A DNA stretch of 63,897 nt, counting the filler, from Chlamydiia bacterium (GTDB lineage Bacteria > Chlamydiota > Chlamydiia > Chlamydiales > FEN-1388): assembly GCA_903848235.1 (NCBI GenBank). It is 11 parts of 11 records of this genome, joined end to end, with 100 filler letters (N's around TTAATTAATTAA, not from the genome) between each part and the next. Parts side by side here need not be neighbours in the genome. Positions count along the whole stretch, not along the records: positions 25,567 to 37,851 come from CAINFV010000010.1; positions 37,952 to 42,657 come from CAINFV010000012.1; positions 42,758 to 49,797 come from CAINFV010000013.1; 8 more parts are not named here. One strand, written 5' to 3'. Positions 33,202-42,950 of the stretch are shown here, piece after piece. The stretch's first letter is position 1. The number at the start of each line of letters is the position of its first letter. The notes under the pieces were generated by a model. That model saw only the letters and a program-made list of their open reading frames with translations. It was not told the DNA's origin and searched no databases. The position numbers were made by a program, and so were the translations under genes.

Positions 33202-33357
33202 CTCGACTTTGCAAGTTTTTGAACCTATATTCGAAGGAGAAGCAAACCACAGCGTAATGAATTTCGAAGGAAAGGGTATTTTCACCCTTCCTGAGAAATT
33301 CATTTAGCTGGGGGAAGCTTCTCACCGAAGATGGGTCCAAAAATTTGCAAAGTCGAG
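33202..33357. mobile_element. Palindromic MITE-like element family B (156 bp)
   Basis: CTCGACTTTGCAA...TTGCAAAGTCGAG full hairpin flanked by direct repeat ATAAT (33197-33201, 33358-33362). Confidence 0.78.
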
Positions 33358-33557
33358 ATAATGCACGCTTTAGCCTGATCACCTACTCTGTACGGTGATC
33401 AGGTGGGCAAACACGCACAACTTGGGTTGCATTTTGAGCATTGCAAAGCAGCCCATAGGTGTGCTAGGGGCGATGCAGCAAGGGACTCAAAAGCAAGCCT
33501 TGGCGAATGTAATGGCAAACTTTCAACTGTCAGCGGCTATATTATAGATCTGTATAA

Positions 33558-33715
33558 CTGGACTTTAGCATTTTTGGGGGCCGATTTCGCATTCGTTCTC
33601 TCTCAGACTTCTTGCATTTATCATAGATGGCCTAACCAGGACGATCTATGATAAATGCAATCGTCTGAGAGAGAACGCTCTGCGAACTCGGCGCCCCAAA
33701 AATGCTAAAGTCCAG
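33558..33715. mobile_element. Palindromic MITE-like element family A, copy 2 (158 bp)
   Basis: CTGGACTTTAGCATTTTTGGGG...CCCCAAAAATGCTAAAGTCCAG flanked by TATAA direct repeats. Confidence 0.87.
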
Positions 33716-33810
33716 TATAATTTTTGTTCTTCATCGCTTCTTTCAAAAAACCAATGAGCACGCAATGATCGTGAGAATATTTTTATACGCAATGGAAGGG
33801 GAGAGAGAAA

Positions 33811-33844
33811 AAGGGACAGCAGACGTAACCGCCAACTGTCCCTT
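33811..33844 (-). terminator. dnaK operon terminator
   Basis: AAGGGACAG...CTGTCCCTT stem followed by a U-rich tract on the minus strand. Confidence 0.6.
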
Positions 33845-33864
33845 GCGATGAAAAGAATTACCCT

Positions 33865-35796
33865 CTATTCAGGGTCTACTATCACCTCAGCATCTTCGAC
33901 CGTATCCGTCGGAGTCTTCTGAGACCCAGGTCCATGCGCCTGCTCACCCGGAGGAGGCGTTGGCCCTTCCCCTGGAGGTGGCTGCTGGACGCCGGCCTTC
34001 TTCGCCATGGCTTCACCAATATGCTGCATATGCTCTTCGAGCTCACGTTTTGCCGTGGCAATCTTGGTGTCGTCATTGGACTCAAGAGCCTTCTTAACAG
34101 CGTCTATTTTCTGTTGCACATCAGCGGCAACGTCGGCTGGAATCTGCTCTTTATATTCGCGAAGCGCCTTTTCAGCACGGAAGACGACAGCGTCAGCTTC
34201 ATTTCGCATTTCGACGACTTGCTTACGCTTTTTATCCTCTGCAGCATGAGCCTCCGCATCTCTTACAACGCGTTGGATCTCGCTTTCATCGAGTCCTGAT
34301 TTTGCCTGGATTTTGATTTTTTGCTCTTTTCCAGAAGCAAGATCTTTCGCATGAACGTGGAGGATGCCGTCGGCATCAACGTCAAATGCTACTTCGATCT
34401 GCGGATATCCACGAGGCGATGGCGGGATGTCAGAGAGGTCAAAGCGACCGATTTCCTTGTTATCGTTGGCCATCGGACGTTCCCCTTGAAGAACGCGAAC
34501 AGTGACAGCAGGCTGATTGTCGCTTGCCGTAGAGAAGATCTGCTTTTTCTGAACGGGGATGGTGGTATTTCGCTCAATGATTGGCGTCATGACACCGCCT
34601 AGCGTCTCTATGCCGAGAGTCAGAGGGGTGACGTCAAGGAGAAGGATGTCCTTCACCTCGCCGCCAAGAACGCCGCCTTGGATAGCAGCACCAATAGCAA
34701 CTGCTTCGTCAGGGTTTACGCTCTTGTTTGGCTCACGCCCGAAGATCTGTTTGACCATATTCTGGACAGCGGGCATACGTGTCATCCCACCAACAAGAAT
34801 CGCTTCGCCGACATCATCTTTTGACCATCCAGCATCTTTTAGAGCCTTCTCGCAAGGAGCACGCGTCCGTTCGATCAGATGCTCAACCAGACTTTCTAGT
34901 TTCGCTCGTGTCAGCGTGATGGATAGGTGTTTGGGCCCTGAGGCGTCCATGGTGATAAACGGCTGATTGATTTCCGTCGCCATCGTGCCAGAAAGCTCTA
35001 TCTTCGCCTTTTCTGCAGCATCGCGGAGACGCTGAAGAGCCATCTTGTCATTATGGAGGTCAATCCCCTGCTCTTGTTTAAAAGTGTCAATCATCCATGT
35101 GAGGATCACATTATCAAAATCATCACCGCCAAGATGGGTGTCGCCATTGGTAGATAAAACTTCAACAACACCTTCTCCAATCTCCAACATGGAGATATCA
35201 AAAGTCCCTCCTCCAAGGTCATAGACAGCGATTTTCTTCGTTGTTGTCTGCTTGTCAAGACCATAGGCAAGGGCCGCTGCTGTAGGCTCCGGGATAATCC
35301 GTCGGACGTTAAGGCCGGCAATACGTCCAGCATCTTTTGTCGACTGTCGCTGTGCATCGTTGAAATAGGCAGGCGTTGTGATGACCGCTTCCGTAACCTG
35401 CTCTCCAAGATATGCCTCTGCCGTCTCTTTCATCTTGGTAATGACGTATGAGGCGACTTCTTCAGGAGTTATTGCCTTGCCAGCAACTTGGAAAACAGCA
35501 CTTCCTCCTTGCCCCTCTATTACCTTGAAAGGCACGATCTTAATTTCGGAAGTCGCTTCATTGTACTTTCTTCCGATAAACCGTTTTGATGAGTAGACTG
35601 TATTCTCAGCATTAGTAATCGCCTGACGTTTTGCCGTCACGCCGACGAGCCGCTCCGGCCCTTTAAAGGCTACGACAGAGGGCGTAGTCCGCAATCCTTC
35701 CGCCGACGCGATAACAACCGGCTTTCCGCCTTCCATGACGGCGACGCAGGAGTTTGTGGTACCAAGATCGATACCGATAATTTTTTTTGATGCCAT
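33865..35796 (-). CDS. dnaK: Chaperone DnaK
   Basis: [30 protein letters not shown]. Confidence 0.98.
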   Translation of the reverse strand: MASKKIIGIDLGTTNSCVAVMEGGKPVVIASAEGLRTTPSVVAFKGPERLVGVTAKRQAITNAENTVYSSKRFIGRKYNEATSEIKIVPFKVIEGQGGSAVFQVAGKAITPEEVASYVITKMKETAEAYLGEQVTEAVITTPAYFNDAQRQSTKDAGRIAGLNVRRIIPEPTAAALAYGLDKQTTTKKIAVYDLGGGTFDISMLEIGEGVVEVLSTNGDTHLGGDDFDNVILTWMIDTFKQEQGIDLHNDKMALQRLRDAAEKAKIELSGTMATEINQPFITMDASGPKHLSITLTRAKLESLVEHLIERTRAPCEKALKDAGWSKDDVGEAILVGGMTRMPAVQNMVKQIFGREPNKSVNPDEAVAIGAAIQGGVLGGEVKDILLLDVTPLTLGIETLGGVMTPIIERNTTIPVQKKQIFSTASDNQPAVTVRVLQGERPMANDNKEIGRFDLSDIPPSPRGYPQIEVAFDVDADGILHVHAKDLASGKEQKIKIQAKSGLDESEIQRVVRDAEAHAAEDKKRKQVVEMRNEADAVVFRAEKALREYKEQIPADVAADVQQKIDAVKKALESNDDTKIATAKRELEEHMQHIGEAMAKKAGVQQPPPGEGPTPPPGEQAHGPGSQKTPTDTVEDAEVIVDPE

Positions 35797-35813
35797 ATTG
35801 ATATATACTCCTT

Positions 35814-36365
35814 TTAGTTAGAGGAAGGCTCGGTTTCTGCGGCACTAGTCTCTTCCCATGAAGGACGGGTTGCCACGCGCACTCGAGCAGGCCTAATGGT
35901 ACGACCACCAAGGCGATAACCTTTTTGAAATTCATGAACGACGGTCCCTTCAGGAACGTCGGGTCTTTCTTCTGTTTCTACAGCCTCATGCATATGAGGA
36001 TCAAAGGGAAGGCTTAACGAAGAATATGAAGAGACGCCATGATCTACAAGCACCTGTCGAAGTTGCTCCAAGATCATCTCAAACCCTTTTGCCCACGTTG
36101 TGATATCCCCTTTCGCTTCTTCTGCATGGTGAAGCGCTTGCTCAAAGTGATCGATTGGCTGCAGAAGATCGACGACAATATTTTGAACAGCATAGCTTTG
36201 GGCTTCCACCTTCTCTCGGGCAAGGCGTTTGCGAGTATTCTCTGCTTCTGCTAACGCACGAAGGTATTTGTCTTTATACTCTTGAAGCTCTGCCTGCAAG
36301 ACCTCATCGGCACTTTCAGGAGATGGAGGAAGCGATTCATGTTGAGGCTGTTCTGTCTGGCTCAT
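35814..36365 (-). CDS. grpE: Nucleotide exchange factor GrpE
   Basis: [40 protein letters not shown]. Confidence 0.96.
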   Translation of the reverse strand: MSQTEQPQHESLPPSPESADEVLQAELQEYKDKYLRALAEAENTRKRLAREKVEAQSYAVQNIVVDLLQPIDHFEQALHHAEEAKGDITTWAKGFEMILEQLRQVLVDHGVSSYSSLSLPFDPHMHEAVETEERPDVPEGTVVHEFQKGYRLGGRTIRPARVRVATRPSWEETSAAETEPSSN

Positions 36366-37531
36366 GGGGTATGTTTAAGGGTTATTGGGTTTTTTTCAGA
36401 TGGTGAATATAAATCAAGAGCGAGTTTATGAGGCTCTTGAACGAGAAGAGCATGCGATTCTGGCATCCTATATGACATCCGATGGTGGACTAAACAGGAT
36501 GACAATATAGATGAGAGTTGCGCTGCCGCATCACGCATGAGGCGGAAGAGATCAAGGTAAAAGACTCTCATAGAACCGATGATAGTTAGCGCTCCTACTG
36601 GGTGGCCGCCAACGCTATAGGGAATCGAAACAACAGCACAGTTTGGCTCGCCGACAGCATATGGAGATAACTCCTCGCCAATCCAAAAACGAAGGCCTCC
36701 AGAGCGTATGGCATCACGAGAAAAAGCTCTCAGCGCCGCAACATTCTCAAAGAGAGAGAGAGGAGCGGAAAGGGAGTGCGCCTCTTCAAATTCTGGCCGT
36801 GTTAACAGATGAGAAAAGCCAGTACGCCAAAGATCTTCTTGCGATACGCTGGAATAGCTGACAAAGTAGCTTGCCATCGCCTCTTGATACAGCTTTCGGA
36901 CATGTTCTAGTTCAGCGCCCTCAAAGAGATCCGGCTCAAGAGACTCTCGAAAAAGCCGAGAGCGCGCAAAGCGATCCGCCTTTCTGAGAATGGTGTGGGA
37001 GAGGGGCAATGCGCTATAAAGAACGGCGGTATGGACAAGGCCAAACTCCGTGGTAATCACTGCCAGCGCACGCTGAATATCAAGGAACACGAACTTCAGC
37101 TCCGTGATGACGTCATGGTCAAAGCGTGGGGATGTTACCGCAACAGGAGCTCCAGCCTGAGCACTGAGGGTGTCGGCAGCAAGTTGAAGAAATGTGACAA
37201 CGTCGTTGGAGGTGATCGAGTCTTTTAGAGGAAGAGGCGACTGTTCTGATGGCTTTTCATGCGCTAATTCTTCAAAACAAAGCTTGGCATATTCTGCAAA
37301 AGCTTTTGGTTGAGGGACGCGACCGCCGGAGAGATGCTGCTGTTTCAGATAGCCATCGTGTTCGAGAGAAACAAAGTAATTTCTGATGGTAGCCGAGCTC
37401 ATGTCAGCGAGAGCTTCCTCCTGAAGCGACTGTGAACCAACCGGTTTTCCAGTGCGAAGGAAGTGCTCGACAAGGCTGAAAAGAATTTTTCTCTCTCGGT
37501 CTTTACGACCCGCCTTTTTTTGTGTGCTCAA
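36362..37531 (-). CDS. hrcA: Heat-inducible repressor HrcA
   Basis: RERKIL..LVE.F..TGKPVGS, SSATIRNYF..LE..GYL.Q.H.SGGRVP; immediately upstream of grpE. Confidence 0.95.
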   Translation of the reverse strand: MSTQKKAGRKDRERKILFSLVEHFLRTGKPVGSQSLQEEALADMSSATIRNYFVSLEHDGYLKQQHLSGGRVPQPKAFAEYAKLCFEELAHEKPSEQSPLPLKDSITSNDVVTFLQLAADTLSAQAGAPVAVTSPRFDHDVITELKFVFLDIQRALAVITTEFGLVHTAVLYSALPLSHTILRKADRFARSRLFRESLEPDLFEGAELEHVRKLYQEAMASYFVSYSSVSQEDLWRTGFSHLLTRPEFEEAHSLSAPLSLFENVAALRAFSRDAIRSGGLRFWIGEELSPYAVGEPNCAVVSIPYSVGGHPVGALTIIGSMRVFYLDLFRLMRDAAAQLSSILSSCLVHHRMSYRMPESHALLVQEPHKLALDLYSPSEKNPITLKHTP

Positions 37532-37577
37532 CGACTTCTCTCCTGTCTGATTTCTTCAGTATATCCAATGTGCCAAT

Positions 37578-37851
37578 TCAAGATCCAGTATTTTTAGCAC
37601 TCGGAGCGTTAGGCTGCTGATTTGAGACTTTTACAGTTCCTAACGTTAAGAGTCTTAAGGCATTCATTCCGACAATCAACGTGCTCCCCTCATGAATAGT
37701 CACCGCTACCCACAGAGGAAGAATTCCTTGGAGCGATGTTGTTGTACCAATAAGAATGGCCGCAAAAGCGATGACCAAATTTTGAATGACAATACGATGC
37801 GTCTGTACCGATTTACCAAAAAGCCACGGAATCACAGCAAGATCATTATTC
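37578..37851 (-). CDS. Heavy-metal P1B-type ATPase, C-terminal fragment
   Basis: IVIQNL...LPLWVAVTIHEGSTLIVGMNALRLL (HEG[GS]T motif); cut by contig end. Confidence 0.85.
37594..37620. promoter_or_regulatory. CIRCE operator upstream of hrcA
   Basis: TTAGCACTC-N9-GGCTGCTGA versus consensus TTAGCACTC-N9-GAGTGCTAA. Confidence 0.75.
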
Positions 37852-37952
37852 NNNNNNNNNNNNNNNNNNNNNNNNNNNNNNNNNNNNNNNNNNNNTTAAT
37901 TAATTAANNNNNNNNNNNNNNNNNNNNNNNNNNNNNNNNNNNNNNNNNNNNT

Positions 37953-39995
37953 GCCAAAGACGTCTGCTATGCGCAAGAGGGGGATGCAAGTGAAGGGCAG
38001 CGATGGAATGAGGTCTCTCTTCCGTCGTCAGATCCAGTGCTGGTAGCAGCTTGCCAAACGGAGTTCGACCGTCCTCTGCAAGACGCTGCTTCTATTCCCT
38101 ACATGAGCGTGGCTGTCTCCTCCACTCGGCTTCCAGAGGCCGCAGATCAAGATTCACAAAAGACAGCAGCTCTTTTTTGGAATGAAACGCCGGATCTTCC
38201 GAAACATAAGGGAGAAATACTCTCGAATGATATTGCAGATGAGAATTTTACCGTCGGCCTTGTAGTAGAGCCTCCTTTGACTGATGAAAAGGAAGCCGTT
38301 GACACTTCTCCTGCTGAAGAAGAAATAGAAACAGAGGTGGAGGTACCGACGGAGGCTTCCGACGAGCTTGCTCCTACGTCTGCTTTTGATATGAAAGAAG
38401 ATGGGGATGAGCCTGCTGCAGAAGCGTTAGAAAACACATCTGAGGAAGCGTGGTACAAGCCTCTCTGGGATTTCTTCAAGGCAGCTCCGAAGGAACCAGT
38501 TGGTGAAGGACAAGATGGTTTGTCGCAACCACTACAGAGCGGTGACACAAATGTTCTTCCATCTTCAGAGCCTTCTCCCCTTCATGATGTAGAGATCCAG
38601 GAGATTCCTGAGAGGGCGTCAAAGGGTATTTTGCCATCTGCTTTTGGAACGACGGAGGAAGCTGGCGATGCTGCTGAGGACGAAGAGTCGCAATCTCCTC
38701 AAAGAGAAGAGCCAAATTCTCCTGGGTTCTTTCAAGGAGTCGTCGGATGGTTTCATACAGCACCAGCACAGGCCTCAACAGATGTGGACATAGCAGCTCT
38801 GTCTGATCCCTCGACGATACCTTCTCTTCAGCCTTTGCAGGATGAAGAGGCTTCTGAATTAAAATCTCAGGCTGATGTTGCACAAGCGCCGTCGGTATCT
38901 GAGGAGACGCTTTTGGCCTCCAATTCCGCCTTAAGCTCGGAAAAACAGATTGATGCTGAGGAAGAAGCGCTTCCTAAAAAGGCTGTTTTTGCAGGTCTCT
39001 CCAATTGGCTTCATGTCCAACAGCGTGCGGTATCAACGGCAGAAGAGGTAGCGGTATCTGATACGGCAGCAACAGCAGAATGGGTAGCTCCGGTATCAGC
39101 GCAAACGAATATCGGAATTGCTAAGGGAATTGTGCCTCCTCCCGAATTGGTAGACGAAACCCAAGATGACGATGCGTTAGAAGATTCTTCAGTGGCGCCT
39201 TTATATCAAAAGGTGATGGGATGGATTCGCGTTTCGAATGAATCCTTTGTCCAGCCCTCTTCGGAGGAAAGCATTGCTCAAGAGGAGATAAATGATGAGG
39301 AGCCTCTTGATGAAGCTAAGCCATGGTATACAGGTGTGATGGGGCTGTTTCACGGCGCTTCACATGAAGGTGAGATTGCCTCTGTTTCCCCGGCAGAAGA
39401 AGGGGTCTTGTCAGCACAGCAGACAACGCCCGATGTCGCGGTAGATGCTCAGCCATCAGAAGGAGTGCAGGGCGGAATAAAATCATGGTTGTTTGTTCCT
39501 TCTCGAAGTCAGCAGCAAGGTGCAAAAACTTCAGAAATTGCTTTGGGAGAGTCGCAAGAGTCTCTTGACGTGATGCAAGATGAAGGTGGAGTTGACGAGG
39601 GAGCCTCTTGGGTGGAACGGTTTACGGACTGGGTTCGCGGCGATCATTTTGAAGACCAGGCTGTAGAGGAATCAGGAGTCAGCGAATCTACGTTTGCCAA
39701 TGCATCATCGAGAGCTGCCGCTGATGACAGCAGCTTGGTCGCTAGCAGATTAGGAGAGGTGGAGCGGCCTGACGAAACCTGGGAAGAGATCGAAGATGAG
39801 ATGCAGGACGATGATGATGCTGATGACGAGACAACAAAGCCCGGTGTCATGGCGCGCGCTTTTTCTGCTATTCATTCGATATGGCAGTCAACCATAGGAG
39901 AGTCAGCTCTTTCGGACAAAGAGAAGGACCTTGCGGAGAGCACAGCCTCAGTCGCGCCGGAGGCGAGTGGTGACGATGCAGAACAGCCCTCATGA
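37953..39995 (+). CDS. Acidic low-complexity protein with periodic amphipathic Trp/Phe motifs (5'-truncated)
   Basis: Frame open from the contig start; motifs WYKPLWDFF, FFQGVVGWF, LYQKVMGWI, WYTGVMGLF, WVERFTDWV. Confidence 0.7.
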   Translation, partial: AKDVCYAQEGDASEGQRWNEVSLPSSDPVLVAACQTEFDRPLQDAASIPYMSVAVSSTRLPEAADQDSQKTAALFWNETPDLPKHKGEILSNDIADENFTVGLVVEPPLTDEKEAVDTSPAEEEIETEVEVPTEASDELAPTSAFDMKEDGDEPAAEALENTSEEAWYKPLWDFFKAAPKEPVGEGQDGLSQPLQSGDTNVLPSSEPSPLHDVEIQEIPERASKGILPSAFGTTEEAGDAAEDEESQSPQREEPNSPGFFQGVVGWFHTAPAQASTDVDIAALSDPSTIPSLQPLQDEEASELKSQADVAQAPSVSEETLLASNSALSSEKQIDAEEEALPKKAVFAGLSNWLHVQQRAVSTAEEVAVSDTAATAEWVAPVSAQTNIGIAKGIVPPPELVDETQDDDALEDSSVAPLYQKVMGWIRVSNESFVQPSSEESIAQEEINDEEPLDEAKPWYTGVMGLFHGASHEGEIASVSPAEEGVLSAQQTTPDVAVDAQPSEGVQGGIKSWLFVPSRSQQQGAKTSEIALGESQESLDVMQDEGGVDEGASWVERFTDWVRGDHFEDQAVEESGVSESTFANASSRAAADDSSLVASRLGEVERPDETWEEIEDEMQDDDDADDETTKPGVMARAFSAIHSIWQSTIGESALSDKEKDLAESTASVAPEASGDDAEQPS

Positions 39996-40131
39996 TCGAA
40001 GGACAAGCCTTGTAAAGAGATGGTATACCTCTTCTTGAAAAAGAAAAGGTATATCTTGGCATCACCCCGCGATTCCCTAACTTCCTAAGTTGTGTGGCTG
40101 CCGCGAGGAGCAACGATGTTGAGCGAAGAGG

Positions 40132-41784
40132 ATGACGATGGGAATCGAGATCTTTGACTCACAGATTCACAACGTCGCTATTCTCTCAGAGCAGCAAGCT
40201 CTTGCCGATATAGAGGGTGAGTATATTGCTGATCCTTTTGCACATCGGCTTATCGCAAGGGCTTCTTTTCTAGGCTGGACATTCACTTGGCTGTATTACA
40301 TCTTTGAGTTTTTCGGCTGGTGCTATGCTTATCAGAACATGGTGACAGTCCTAAAGACTGCTCAGATAGGGCTGGAGATGCTGAAGAGCTATCTTATAGA
40401 TCCTCAGCCAGAGCCCTCCTTCCCTGTCTCGGCTTTTCTTTCCCTTTCTTTTGATGAACAGTGGCAGAAGCGATTACGGGGCGTTTGTCGCCTGTTTGGC
40501 CATGAGACGGCGTTTCCGTCATTTGAGAAGGCCCAGCGAGTGGCAGCTCCAATTATCCTCCAAGAGATCACACGGGCTCCTATTCCTTGGGATCTTTTTG
40601 ATGCTCTGCTTAATCAAAAGAAGCTCGATGGTCCTGCACAGAGAAGATTGAAAGAATGGATCGACGATGTGAATCTATGGGGAGCGTATATATCGCCATT
40701 TCTCCTGCTCTCTGTCTGTGAAGCCGCAGCACACCGGTATTTTCCTCGTGACACTGCAGGTCGACAGGGGGCGTATACCTTTTTTTTAGCATGGACACTC
40801 TATAAGGCAGGTCTTTCTGAACTGTCATCGCCCGAAATATATGCTACAGAAGAGAGTCGTGGGGTAATTTCATCTTCAGGAGAAGATGAGGAAGTGCAGT
40901 TTGGCGCGCCGATCCCCATTCTCTTTCCTTCTAGCCTTCCAATCTCTGCTCATGAGGTACAAGAGCATCCAGGCCTCATGGTGTTGACATCTCCGTCGCC
41001 ACTGCTGCTTGGCATGTGGATTTATAATGTCAACGAATGCCCCTCTGTGATTCCATCTGTCGCTACTGTGCACTGTGACCGACGAGGAAGATACGTGATT
41101 GTAGAGCGGCTTAGTTCAACATTGGAGGAGCCTATCTGGAATGGCGATGGATGCATAGCGTCTCATGATAGAGCTCTTTTGGACGTGATTGCCGATCTGG
41201 GCAGAACCATTCTACGTTTTTCGTGCACCTTGGACCTTGAGCTAAGCCACATCTTCCTAACTTCCGAACTTCGCATACGTACAATGGCGCCGTTACAAGA
41301 GCGATATCCGTACTTTTGTCTTCCTATCGTCGAGCAATTCCTCAGAGAGATCTGTCATGAAGATCAGGAGAGGATTCGACTTCTTTTTCACAGCATTGAG
41401 ATATGGCGTCACCCAGCATCGCAGATGTATAGATCTCTCTTAGAGAAATTTTCTTTTGATGCAACAGATCCAGATATTCATCGCGAGCTGATGGTATTCG
41501 ACATCGATGACAGAAATTTTCAATACGTTGCCGATTGGGTACGAGCGCTGCGACGTCATGTCAGTCGTATTCGTGAGCAGCTCAAGGGCCTTCTTCCTTT
41601 CGCTTCATTGTCTTTCCGAGAACAGACAGCACAGATCGTTGCGGCTGTGCTCAGATCTCAAGAGGAAATAGGATGGATCTCATCGATTCCAACGAACCTC
41701 CCAGACCTTGTAATCGCGTCGATGTATGGAGAAGGGGCGCTTAAGAGGTTAGCGGCGATCCTAGCCGAACGACAAGTGGTATAA
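40132..41784 (+). CDS. Hypothetical protein (possible degenerate kinase-like fold)
   Basis: 550 aa; GRYVIVERL...DLELSHIFL weakly recalls the kinase hinge and catalytic loop. Confidence 0.5.
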   Translation: MTMGIEIFDSQIHNVAILSEQQALADIEGEYIADPFAHRLIARASFLGWTFTWLYYIFEFFGWCYAYQNMVTVLKTAQIGLEMLKSYLIDPQPEPSFPVSAFLSLSFDEQWQKRLRGVCRLFGHETAFPSFEKAQRVAAPIILQEITRAPIPWDLFDALLNQKKLDGPAQRRLKEWIDDVNLWGAYISPFLLLSVCEAAAHRYFPRDTAGRQGAYTFFLAWTLYKAGLSELSSPEIYATEESRGVISSSGEDEEVQFGAPIPILFPSSLPISAHEVQEHPGLMVLTSPSPLLLGMWIYNVNECPSVIPSVATVHCDRRGRYVIVERLSSTLEEPIWNGDGCIASHDRALLDVIADLGRTILRFSCTLDLELSHIFLTSELRIRTMAPLQERYPYFCLPIVEQFLREICHEDQERIRLLFHSIEIWRHPASQMYRSLLEKFSFDATDPDIHRELMVFDIDDRNFQYVADWVRALRRHVSRIREQLKGLLPFASLSFREQTAQIVAAVLRSQEEIGWISSIPTNLPDLVIASMYGEGALKRLAAILAERQVV

Positions 41785-41787
41785 GAG

Positions 41788-42504
41788 TTACTCCATCAAG
41801 GCTATGCAGGTGGCGTTGCGTTCTGCGGTTCTCGTGCGTCGGTACGAAAAAAACAGGTCCGGATGGCAGTAGGTGCAGAGACCGGCAATTTCGATGTGAG
41901 AGGCAGAAAGGCCGCAGGAGAGTAATTGATGACGGCTGATCTCCCAAAAATCAAAATGGTCGTTTTCCTTGCGGAATGGTTCAAATGAGGCGGGGAGCTC
42001 TTCCTTCCAATTCGTAAACTCTGCGTGGCAGGGGCCAAGGCTTGGAGAGATGCATGCAATGAGTTCTTCGGGCCGCGTGCCCCACTTGCTCTGCAGCTGT
42101 TCGATGGTTGCTTTGTAGATGTTCTGCACGCTGCCTCTCCACCCGCTGTGGACATTGGCGATCACTTGATGTTCTGGGTCAACGAAGATGCATGCCTGAC
42201 AGTCAGCATGCACGACGAGAAGGGCGATGTTATGCAGTGATGTTACCATGGCGTCGCATGCCTCCAGGGGCGAAGACGGGGAAGAGATGCATGCTACATG
42301 CGTGCCGTGGGCCTGGTGCATGCCGATCAGAGGAATGGAAGGGCTTCCAAAGAGTGCAGCTGCCATCAGGCGGCGATCTTCTCGGTGAGAAGGGGCAAGG
42401 TTCATCGAAGAGTGGCAGGTGAGGCAGCCATGTCGAATCCATGGAAAGGGTTGAAGAAGATCAAACTCATACCAGACAGTAGTGCCGCGTTGTTTGCGAA
42501 TCAT
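41788..42504 (-). CDS. pgeF: Laccase-domain / purine nucleoside phosphorylase YfiH (PgeF)
   Basis: HQAHG, DAMVT, HADCQ, HSGWRG, CTYC...FFSYRR. Confidence 0.92.
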   Translation of the reverse strand: MIRKQRGTTVWYEFDLLQPFPWIRHGCLTCHSSMNLAPSHREDRRLMAAALFGSPSIPLIGMHQAHGTHVACISSPSSPLEACDAMVTSLHNIALLVVHADCQACIFVDPEHQVIANVHSGWRGSVQNIYKATIEQLQSKWGTRPEELIACISPSLGPCHAEFTNWKEELPASFEPFRKENDHFDFWEISRHQLLSCGLSASHIEIAGLCTYCHPDLFFSYRRTRTAERNATCIALME

Positions 42505-42516
42505 ATTTGTCCTTAT

Positions 42517-42657
42517 CTGGACTTTAGCATTTTTTGAGACCGATTTCGCATTCGTTGTCTCTCATACTTCTTGCATTTATCATAGATGGCCTGCCTAGGC
42601 CGATCTATGATAAATGCAATTGTCTGAAAGACAACGCTCTGCGAACTCGGTGCCCAA
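42517..42657. mobile_element. Palindromic MITE-like element family A, copy 3 (cut by contig end)
   Basis: CTGGACTTTAGCATTTTTT... homologous to copies 1 and 2. Confidence 0.85.
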
Positions 42658-42863
42658 NNNNNNNNNNNNNNNNNNNNNNNNNNNNNNNNNNNNNNNNNNN
42701 NTTAATTAATTAANNNNNNNNNNNNNNNNNNNNNNNNNNNNNNNNNNNNNNNNNNNNGAACTTGAATTCTCCCGGCTCGTGGTGTCTCTCAGTCTCAAAC
42801 AGGACGAGGGACAACATGCATCAGGCACAAGGTCGAGTCCAAGCCTGTATTCATTCACGCGCC

Positions 42864-42950
42864 ATAAAAAATCTGTAAGAATCTTTTTGAAAAATCTTCT
42901 GTAAAAATCTTTTAAATCTGTAAGAATCTTTTAAATCTGTAAAAATCTTT
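42864..42950. repeat. Short imperfect tandem repeat
   Basis: AAATCTGTAA(G/A)AATCTTTT unit, about 4 copies. Confidence 0.7.

Noticed and set aside
33882..35935. Long antisense and alternate-frame ORFs over dnaK (likewise over der and the SNF2 gene)
   Set aside because: Shadow ORFs of conserved genes with no independent motifs.
42864..42950. CRISPR-like array
   Set aside because: Head-to-tail repeats without unique spacers, and no cas genes in the window.
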